From: an uncultured delta proteobacterium
GTDB taxonomy: Bacteria > Desulfobacterota > Binatia > DP-6
Length of the DNA stretch: 64,000 nucleotides
Assembly: GCA_963815115.1 (NCBI GenBank)
Contig: CAWFFN010000009.1
Span: 1,376,001-1,440,000 of the forward strand
Reading direction: 5' to 3'
A program made the translations under genes and the position numbers. Under the pieces are notes generated by a model. It made no database searches, was not told the DNA's origin, and saw only the letters and a list, made by a program, of their open reading frames with translations. This document shows, piece by piece, positions 28,856 through 35,945 of this stretch (its first letter is position 1; each line of letters begins with the position of its first letter).

Positions 28856-29716
28856 TCACGGCTGCTCGCGCCCCAGGCGGCGATAGATCGCGAGATGGCG
28901 GATGGCCTCGTGGCGGCGTCCGGCGCGCTCGTAGAGCAGGCTCAGGTTCCAGTGCGCGTCGGCCAACGTCTCGTCCGCCTGCACCGCGGCTTCGTAGCAC
29001 GGCAGTGCCTCGCCGGCACGCTCCGCGTCCTCGAGCACGACGCCCAGGTCGTACCAGGCGAGCGCGCAGTGGGGTTCGTGCCGCAGGGCCTCGCGGAAGT
29101 GGGACTCGGCTCCGATCAGGTTGCCCGCGCCGTGCAGCAGCCGCCCGAGGTTGATGCGGGCGACCACGTGGGCGGGATCGAGGTCGAGCGCGTGATGGTA
29201 GGCCGCGCGTGCCTCCAGCGGCGAGGCGTCCTCGATGTCCATGGCGAGGTCGCACCACTGCTCCGCGCTGAGGTTCGGCAGCTCGGCTGCACGTGCCGGC
29301 TCGCGCAGCTGGGCGAGCCGGCCCGCCGGTGGCTCGAGGCGGTCGGCGTCGAAGTTGAAGAGGAACTGGCCCGACTCGGGACTCCAGCGTCGCGTCCCGT
29401 CGCACGCGACGACCCGGTCGCCGTCCCGGAAGACGCTGAGGCGGGTGAGCGGACGATCGCCGAGCTGGCGGCGCAACGAGCGCAGGGCGCGGCCGATGCG
29501 ACCCAGCGGCACGTGCTGGTCGAGCAGCGCGCGTGTCGTGCGCAGGAGCACCAGGTCGAGGAAGTCGAAGCAGAGTCGCCCGCGGCGATCCCGCTCGGGT
29601 GCGACCAGCCCCGCCCGTACACACTGCCGCAGGCGGCCGGGGGGCAGACCAACGATGCGCGCGGCCTGCGCGGTGTCGAAGCGTGCCTGCGCTGCCGCCC
29701 GTCCCCGCCCCGCCAC
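28856..29716 (-). CDS. MerR-like HTH plus tetratricopeptide-repeat protein
   Basis: N-terminal AARIVGL..GRLRQ..RAGLVAP...FDFLDLVLLR, then SGQFLFNF and 3-4 TPRs (ARINLGRLLH, AWYDLGVVLED, AHWNLSLLYE). Confidence 0.85.
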   Translation of the reverse strand: MAGRGRAAAQARFDTAQAARIVGLPPGRLRQCVRAGLVAPERDRRGRLCFDFLDLVLLRTTRALLDQHVPLGRIGRALRSLRRQLGDRPLTRLSVFRDGDRVVACDGTRRWSPESGQFLFNFDADRLEPPAGRLAQLREPARAAELPNLSAEQWCDLAMDIEDASPLEARAAYHHALDLDPAHVVARINLGRLLHGAGNLIGAESHFREALRHEPHCALAWYDLGVVLEDAERAGEALPCYEAAVQADETLADAHWNLSLLYERAGRRHEAIRHLAIYRRLGREQP

Positions 29717-29717
29717 G

Positions 29718-30593
29718 CTACTTCTTCTTGCCGCCCGACCGCGCCGCCCTGGGCGCCTCCTCGCCGGCCGCCCGCCGCCGTCCCTCGACCGCCTGCACCG
29801 GCCGCGGCGTGGAACGACCGCCCTCGCGGCTCAAGCTCTGCTTCAGCGCCTCCATCAGATCGATGACCTTGGCCTGCGCGGGCTGGACCGCCGGCACCGC
29901 CACCTCCTCGCCGGCGACCTTCCTGTCGACCGCCTCCTGCAGGCGCTCGCGCCAGTGGTCGTGATACTGCTGCGGCGCGAACCCGTCGGCGGCGAGCTGC
30001 TCGATCAGCTTGCGAGCGAGGTTGGTCTCCGCCGGCTTCACCGTCGCCTTCGGCCCGCGCTCGATCTCGTCGAAGGCGCGCACCTCGTCGGCGTAGTAGA
30101 GCGTGTGCAGCGCGAGGCCCTCGTCGAAGGGTCGGATCAGGACCAGGCGCTCCTTCCCCCGCGAGACGTGCTGCGCCAGCGCCACCATGCCGGTGTCGCG
30201 CATGGCCTCGGCGAGCAGCTGGTACGCCTTGTCGCCGGCCTTGTCCGGCCCGAGGTAGTGCGTGTCCTGGAAGTAGACGGGATCGACGCCGGCCAGCGGT
30301 ACGAACTCCTGGATGTCGATCGCCTGGCTCGCCGCCGCCTCCAGCGCTTTCAGCTCTTCGTCCGTGAAGAGCACGAACTGGTCCTTCGCCACCTCGCGGC
30401 CCTTCACCAGTTCGCTGCGCTCGACGACGCGTTCGCAGCGCGGGCACCAGGTCTGCTGCTTGATGCGAGACTTGCATACCCCGTGAATGAGGTTGAACGA
30501 CGGTTGCTCGGAATGGGTGGCGACGTAGAGACGTACGGGAATGGACACCAGCCCGAAGCTCACCGTCGCCGACCCGATCGCGCGTGCTGGCAT
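29718..30593 (-). CDS. ku: Non-homologous end-joining protein Ku
   Basis: SFGLVSIPVRLY, ELVKG, YQLLAEAM, HTLYYADEVR and KVIDLMEALKQSL motifs, with a basic tail. Confidence 0.95.
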   Translation of the reverse strand: MPARAIGSATVSFGLVSIPVRLYVATHSEQPSFNLIHGVCKSRIKQQTWCPRCERVVERSELVKGREVAKDQFVLFTDEELKALEAAASQAIDIQEFVPLAGVDPVYFQDTHYLGPDKAGDKAYQLLAEAMRDTGMVALAQHVSRGKERLVLIRPFDEGLALHTLYYADEVRAFDEIERGPKATVKPAETNLARKLIEQLAADGFAPQQYHDHWRERLQEAVDRKVAGEEVAVPAVQPAQAKVIDLMEALKQSLSREGGRSTPRPVQAVEGRRRAAGEEAPRAARSGGKKK

Positions 30594-30626
30594 GGCAGCC
30601 AGGAAAAGCCCAGCAGGCTGGGGTTG

Positions 30627-30887
30627 TCAAACCTCGATCGTGATGCGCCAGCACGGTGCCTCGACGGCGACCGCGGAGACGTGATGCCCCACGGCCTCGG
30701 CCGCACGCGGGATGTCGCGCGCGGCCTGCGCGTCGTCGACCAGCAGCTCGAGCTCCTCGCCGCGGGGCAGGGTCTCCAGCACGACGCGTGCTTTCGCCCA
30801 CGAGAGCGGGCAGCGGACGCCGCGCAGATCGAGCGTTCGTCGTGTGGGCCGGGGGTCGTCAGCGCCGCGTGGGCCATGCGCCGCCAT
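30627..30887 (-). CDS. TusA/SirA family sulfur-carrier protein
   Basis: LDLRGVRCP motif and GEELELLVDD...DIP. Confidence 0.85.
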   Translation of the reverse strand: MAAHGPRGADDPRPTRRTLDLRGVRCPLSWAKARVVLETLPRGEELELLVDDAQAARDIPRAAEAVGHHVSAVAVEAPCWRITIEV

Positions 30888-30968
30888 GACGGTCCAACTA
30901 CTCCCCGCGTGGGACGAGGACAATGGTCGCGCCGCTGGACCGGCCGCGACGGTCCTCTCCCGGACGGG

Positions 30969-31625
30969 ATGAAGCCGCGCGAGCCGAGCACGGCAATGCC
31001 GGTCCTGCTCGCCGGACTCTTCCTCCTGGCCGCAGCCTGCAGCGGACCTTCTCCCCGGCCGTCGTCCCCGGATCTCGTGAACCTGGCGGCGGTCGACCCC
31101 ACCATCCAGCTCGATCTGCGCTACGCCACGACCGACAACTTCACCGGCGTCGCTCTCTATCCGGTCGCGCGCTGCCTGCTCCGCCGCGATGCCGCCGACC
31201 GCCTCGCCCGCGTGCAGCGTCGCCTGCGCGCCGACGGATTCGGCCTCCTCGTCTGGGATTGCTACCGGCCCCTGTCGGTCCAGGAGCGCCTCTGGGCGCT
31301 GGTGCCCGACGAGCGCTACGTCGCGCGGCCGGAGCGTCGCGACGGCCGGCCCCTCGCCGGATCGAAGCACAACCGGGGCGCGGCCGTGGATGTGACGCTG
31401 GTGGACGCGACGGGCAAGAAGCTCGAGATGCCCACCGGCTTCGACGACTTCGGCGAGCGCGCCCACCGCGGAGCGTCCGCGGTGCCGGCGGTCGCGCGCG
31501 CGAACGCCGCACGGCTCGAGTCCGCCATGACGGCCGAGGGCTTCGAGCCGCTGGCCACCGAGTGGTGGCACTTCGACGCGCCGGGTTGGCAGGTCTACCA
31601 GCTCCTCGACGTGCCGCTGCAGTAG
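30969..31625 (+). CDS. ddpX: D-Ala-D-Ala dipeptidase (VanX/M15D), lipoprotein
   Basis: Lipobox LAAAC, plus LRYATTDNFTG, WDCYRP, SKHNRGAAVD, MPTGFDDF and EWWHF. Confidence 0.92.
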   Translation: MKPREPSTAMPVLLAGLFLLAAACSGPSPRPSSPDLVNLAAVDPTIQLDLRYATTDNFTGVALYPVARCLLRRDAADRLARVQRRLRADGFGLLVWDCYRPLSVQERLWALVPDERYVARPERRDGRPLAGSKHNRGAAVDVTLVDATGKKLEMPTGFDDFGERAHRGASAVPAVARANAARLESAMTAEGFEPLATEWWHFDAPGWQVYQLLDVPLQ

Positions 31626-31695
31626 ACCGGCGCCCGCGCATTTCATTGCCTCGGCTCGCAGATCCAGTGCATGACACGGTGCGCAGGAGGTCGTC

Positions 31696-32721
31696 GTGTC
31701 GAAACCGCTCTCACCCGCAATGATCCTCGAACTCGCGCGCGCCTTCATGGGCTCGAAGGTGCTCCTCGTCGCCGCGAAGCTCCATCTCTTCGACGAGCTG
31801 CGCGACGGCCTGCTCACCGGGAGCCAGATCCGCGAGCGCCTCGAGCTCCATCCCCGCGCCATCCCCGACTTCCTCGACGCCCTGGTCGCGCTCGGCATGC
31901 TCGCTCGGGAGGGCGACGGTGCCGCAGCGCGCTACGCGAACACGCCCGAGGCGGCGCGCTTCCTCGTCCGGACGAGCGAGGACTACATGGGCGGGGCGCT
32001 CGAGATGTTCAACGATCGCCTGTTCCGCTTCTGGAGCGACCTGGAGGAGGCCCTGCGCACCGGCAAGCCGCAGAACGAGGTCAAGCACGCCGGCGCCTCG
32101 ATGTTCCAGGAGCTGTATAGCGAGCCGGCGCGCCTCGAGCAGTTCATGGCCGCGATGAGCGGCCTCTCGCGCCCCAACTTCGTGGCGCTCGCCGAGCGGT
32201 TCGACTTCGGTCCCTACCGCACGCTGTGCGACGTGGGCGGCGCGTCCGCGGTGCTGTCGTGTGCGGTCGCCGCGCGCCATCCGCACCTGCGCTGCATCTC
32301 GTTCGACCTGCCACAGGTGGAACCCATCGCGCGTGCCGCCATCGCGCGCCGCGGGCTCGCCGACCGCGTCACGACCCGGTCCGGCGACTTCTTCCGGGAT
32401 CCGCTGCCGCGCGCCGACGTGATCACGATGGGCATGATCCTGCACGACTGGAACCTCGACAAGAAGAAGGGGCTGATCCGGGCCGCCTACGAGGCGCTCT
32501 CCCCTGGCGGCGTCTTCATTGCGGTGGAGCACCTCATCGACGACCAGCGCCGGGAGAACGGGTTCGGCCTGCTGATGTCGCTCAACATGCTGATCGAGTT
32601 CGGCGACGCCTTCGACTTCACGGGTGCGGATTTCCTCGCCTGGTGCTCCGAGGCCGGCTTCCGGCGCTGCACGATCCTGCCGCTCGGCGGTCCGGCGGCC
32701 GCGGGCGTCGCGTACAAGTAG
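31696..32721 (+). CDS. O-methyltransferase (dimerisation domain plus Methyltransf_2)
   Basis: CDVGGASA, FDLP, GDFF and ILHDWN motifs. Confidence 0.92.
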   Translation: MSKPLSPAMILELARAFMGSKVLLVAAKLHLFDELRDGLLTGSQIRERLELHPRAIPDFLDALVALGMLAREGDGAAARYANTPEAARFLVRTSEDYMGGALEMFNDRLFRFWSDLEEALRTGKPQNEVKHAGASMFQELYSEPARLEQFMAAMSGLSRPNFVALAERFDFGPYRTLCDVGGASAVLSCAVAARHPHLRCISFDLPQVEPIARAAIARRGLADRVTTRSGDFFRDPLPRADVITMGMILHDWNLDKKKGLIRAAYEALSPGGVFIAVEHLIDDQRRENGFGLLMSLNMLIEFGDAFDFTGADFLAWCSEAGFRRCTILPLGGPAAAGVAYK

Positions 32722-32734
32722 GTACCGGCAGCGA

Positions 32735-32863
32735 GGCTAGGAGAGCGACCCGAGACGTCGTCTCGGGTCGAGACGGAGGGCGAGGATCAGACTCGATGAA
32801 CCGTGCGTTCGTCGTGCCGCGAGCGGCGAAGCCGCCGCGGCAAACGTCTCGGGTCTCCCTCCT
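32735..32863. repeat. MITE/REP-like element with about 24-bp imperfect terminal inverted repeats; its right end is split by the IS110 insertion
   Basis: GGCTAGGAGAGCGACCCGAGACGT (32735-32758) matches at 22/24 the reverse complement of 32844-32863 joined to 34401-34404. There is also an internal hairpin at 32746-32770. Confidence 0.65.
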
Positions 32864-32879
32864 GATATGGAACGACCCG

Positions 32880-33170
32880 TCAAGCGTACCAACGTCCTCA
32901 TTGATTCTGCACGCGGTTGCGGCGACGGAGCAGAGCGAGCGACGGTCGAAGGGCAGCATCGACGGTTGATCACGCTGATATTCGCGGATCGGCCCCGAGG
33001 GCGCGCCAGCATAATCGTGATCCGTCGGGAGCTGCCTCGGACTAGTGTCGCGGGTCTGGCCAGGGGCCTGTCGCATAGGAGGCACGAGGATTCTCCTTCC
33101 CGTGAGCCCTCCGACCCCCGCTCGCTCTGCTCGTCCCCGCCGCCTCATGTGTCGTTCGTCCTCTCGCCCT
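32880..33170 (-). ncRNA. Candidate bridge/seek RNA in the IS1111 3' non-coding end
   Basis: About 300 nt non-coding. It contains CCTCCTA (matches the target bottom strand) and ATATCAG (matches the donor junction), and its position is typical for IS1111-group guide RNAs. Boundaries are approximate. Confidence 0.6.
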
Positions 33171-33172
33171 GG

Positions 33173-34297
33173 TTACGCCGCGTGGGAAGCTTCGTCCTGC
33201 TCGACCTGGACCCCGATCGCCCACACGAAGCCCAACAGCTCGCGGCCGACGGCGGTGATGACCTTGGGGATCGGCTTCCCCTTCCCGCTGAGATGGCGGT
33301 AGCGCGCATGCAGCCGATGTTGTGCCGTCCAGGCGATCGCTTTGGTCTCCTCACTGAGCCCACGCTGGCGGACGCGCAGGGTGTGCCCGACCGCCGGGCG
33401 ATGCCGATAGGCATGGGCCGCCTCCATCAGGATGCGGCGCAGGTGGGCATTGCCCGTCTTGGTGATCGCCCCGCGCCGCGTCTTGGGCCCGCTCGAGCGC
33501 TCGCGCGGGACGGCCCCGCTGTAGCCCATGAGCGCGCCGGCGTGTGCGAAGCGGGAGAGCTGGCCGACCTCGGTCACGATCGTCACGGCGCCGAGCGCCG
33601 CGATGCCGCGCAGCGCTTGGAGGGCCGCAATCACGGCCCGCTGCGGCGCGGGGGCTGCCGCGACCACGGCGGCGAGCGCCCGTTCGAGGCGGGCGATCCG
33701 CTCGGTCGCATGGTCGACCTCGTGGCGGTAGTCCACGAGCGTCGCCTCCTGCGCGGGCGCCTCGAAGCGCACGGTGAGCAGCCACGCGCTGTGCTTCGCG
33801 CCCCACGCCTTGCGACCGGCGGGGGCCCGGCGCCCGTGGCGCAGCAAGAACTTGCTCAACCGATGCCGCGCGCGCAGCTGGTCCTGCTTCGCCGCTTCGC
33901 GGGCGCGCACCAGATCGCGCAGGGCCTCGTGGCCGGCGTCGGGCACCCACACCGCCGTCAAATCCCCGCTGCGGTAGCTCCGCGCCAGCTTCTCGGCATC
34001 ACGCCGATCGGTCTTCACCCGATCGCCGGCTTTCACCGGCACGAGCGTTGGCGCGATCACATCGCAGTGGACGTTGAGCGCGGTCAGCTGCCGGTGCACG
34101 ACGTAGCCGGTCGGGCCGGCCTCGTAGCACACGCGCAGCCGCTCCCGTGGCCCGAGCTTCGTGACCAAGCGACGCACGGCCTCCGGGGTGTTGGGGATCG
34201 TCCCCAGCGAGCGTACCGTCCCATCCGCCTCCGCGACCGCACCCGCGATCGTCTCGGCATGTACATCCAGGCCCACGAATCGGCTATCCTCCGTCAT
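33173..34297 (-). CDS. IS110 family transposase/recombinase (DEDD RuvC-like plus Tnp20)
   Basis: FVGLDVHAETI, CYEAGPTGY, KTDRRDA, RDLVRARE, GAVPRERSSG, ITKTGNAHLRR and AVGRELLGFVWAI motifs, with an AAAGGAG RBS. Confidence 0.96.
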   Translation of the reverse strand: MTEDSRFVGLDVHAETIAGAVAEADGTVRSLGTIPNTPEAVRRLVTKLGPRERLRVCYEAGPTGYVVHRQLTALNVHCDVIAPTLVPVKAGDRVKTDRRDAEKLARSYRSGDLTAVWVPDAGHEALRDLVRAREAAKQDQLRARHRLSKFLLRHGRRAPAGRKAWGAKHSAWLLTVRFEAPAQEATLVDYRHEVDHATERIARLERALAAVVAAAPAPQRAVIAALQALRGIAALGAVTIVTEVGQLSRFAHAGALMGYSGAVPRERSSGPKTRRGAITKTGNAHLRRILMEAAHAYRHRPAVGHTLRVRQRGLSEETKAIAWTAQHRLHARYRHLSGKGKPIPKVITAVGRELLGFVWAIGVQVEQDEASHAA

Positions 34298-34398
34298 CGA
34301 CCGGCTCCTTTCGCATGTAGCTCTGCGCTCCGGGTTGCTGATCCGATCCGCAGCGTAACCTACGACGCTGCGAATCGGAGCCGGTCGTTCCATTGTGA

Positions 34399-35262
34399 CT
34401 AGCCGAGGAAGTCCAGCGTCGCGCGCGCGACCTCCGCGGGCTTCTCCTCGTGCACCAGGAGGCGCCCGCCCGCAATCTCCACGAGGCGGGCGTCGGGGAG
34501 CTGGTGCACCATCCTGCGGGCGTACTCGACGGGGAAGGTGGGGTCGTCGGCGCCCCAGAGCAGCTCCACCGGCATCCCGATGCGCGCATGGTCCCGCTCG
34601 AGAGCGTCGACCGGCCCCCACGCGAGGCCGCGCAGGTAGCGCGCCATGCCTTCCATCCGTCGCCGGGAGTCGACCATGGGCTGGATCACGTGGTCGTGAA
34701 AATCGCCCTCCAGCAGGCGAAGGTCGGTGAAGCATCCGCCGAATCCCATGCCGGAGCGCACGAACGGCCCCGTCCGCAGCAGCATGCCGAAGAAGGCCAG
34801 CGATCCGGGCAGGGCGATCAGCTGCTGGTAGAGCGGAATCCACGGCGGGCGATGATGGGGAACCTCGGTGTTGATCAGGACCAGCTTCTCGACCCGCGCT
34901 CCGTCTGCCAGCGCAAGGTAGCGCGCGAAGGTGCCACCGGTGTCCTGCGCCAGGACGCTGTAGCGCTCCAGACCCAGACGGTCGGCCAACGCCTTCAGCG
35001 TCTGTCCCTGCCCCGGGAAGCTGAAGTCGGTGGCATCCGTCCATTCCGACTCGCCCATGCCGGGAAGGTCCGGCACCCAGCAGGTATGGTGCTGCGACAG
35101 CTCGGGTAGCACCTTGCGCCAGGTGAAGCCGGAGAGGGGGAAGCCGTGCACGAGGAGCAGCGGCGAGCCGCGACCGAACCGCCGGCAGGCGAGGCGCGCC
35201 GTGCCGGTGTCCACCCGCTCCACCGGCGCATCGAGGTAGAACCGCGCGATCGCCTCGGCCAT
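34399..35262 (-). CDS. Alpha/beta hydrolase (haloalkane dehalogenase/epoxide hydrolase-like)
   Basis: LLVHGFP, PDLPGMGES, AQDTGG (Asp nucleophile), WGADD and HEEKP motifs. The stop codon forms the IS junction. Confidence 0.9.
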   Translation of the reverse strand: MAEAIARFYLDAPVERVDTGTARLACRRFGRGSPLLLVHGFPLSGFTWRKVLPELSQHHTCWVPDLPGMGESEWTDATDFSFPGQGQTLKALADRLGLERYSVLAQDTGGTFARYLALADGARVEKLVLINTEVPHHRPPWIPLYQQLIALPGSLAFFGMLLRTGPFVRSGMGFGGCFTDLRLLEGDFHDHVIQPMVDSRRRMEGMARYLRGLAWGPVDALERDHARIGMPVELLWGADDPTFPVEYARRMVHQLPDARLVEIAGGRLLVHEEKPAEVARATLDFLG

Positions 35263-35280
35263 GGCTCCTCGCCGAGAGAG

Positions 35281-35794
35281 CTACTTCTTCTTGCAGCGCG
35301 GATCGCCCGCCTGGATCGTCGCCAGCTGCTCGTCGGTCAACCCGAGCCCGGCGGCACCGATGACGAATCCGCACACGAGGTCGTGGTTCTGTGCCAGCAG
35401 CCGGTGGCAGGCCTGGCAGGAGCCGAGCGCGTTCGCCACCTCGCCCTTGCCGTCTGCGAGGATCTTGCTGCGCCCATCTGGAGTCGGCTCGAGCCTCACG
35501 AACTCCCAGTCGTTGCCATCCGGATTGAACCCGTGCCGCCGCTTGATCATGGCCTCGAGCGGAAGAACCTGAAGGATGGTCCCGACCGGATAGCCCTCGG
35601 CGGGTAACTCCCCGGTCTCCGACATGGCGACGGCCCGGCGGAGCTTCGCCGGGTTGCGATTGAAGACGAAGAAGTTCCTGCCCGCGGGCTTCTTGCCCTT
35701 GAGCAGGCAGCGGAAGTCTCTCGGCCTGGCATGCGGCTCCGGCGGCGACGGCGAGGGCCAGCACCAGCGAGACGGAGAGCGCGAGCAGACGCAT
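35281..35794 (-). CDS. Secreted c-type cytochrome, P460/cytochrome c'-beta-like (frameshift near 35730)
   Basis: Signal MRLLALSVSLVLALAVAAG is in one frame. YPVGTIL..EAMIKR..GFNPDGNDWEF...CQACH is in another. Confidence 0.6.
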
Positions 35795-35945
35795 GATACA
35801 GGGCCTATCCGTAGGGGTGTTTTCGAGTCAATGGATACATCGGGCGAGCGGTCGAACGTGCGACCCGGCCGCCCGGGCGGCCGCTCGAACCGCGGCGGCC
35901 GCTCCCGCCTTGAGGTCCCGGCCGCTGCTCGGGTAGTGCATCCTC

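Larger units (their letters stand above)
32864..34400 (-). mobile_element. IS110 family, IS1111-type insertion sequence (about 1.54 kb)
   Basis: Perfect 11-bp sub-terminal IRs ATGGAACGACC (32867-32877 and 34383-34393), set 3 and 7 nt from the ends. AG core at both junctions, and a long 3' non-coding end. Confidence 0.9.

Noticed and set aside
30969-31625. vanX as a vancomycin-resistance locus
   Set aside because: No vanH/vanA/vanRS nearby. It is a lipoprotein-type housekeeping D-Ala-D-Ala dipeptidase.
33173-35794. 873-aa giant IS110 transposase with signal peptide
   Set aside because: Chance open frame across three genes. The transposase starts at 34297 with its own RBS, inside the IR-defined element.
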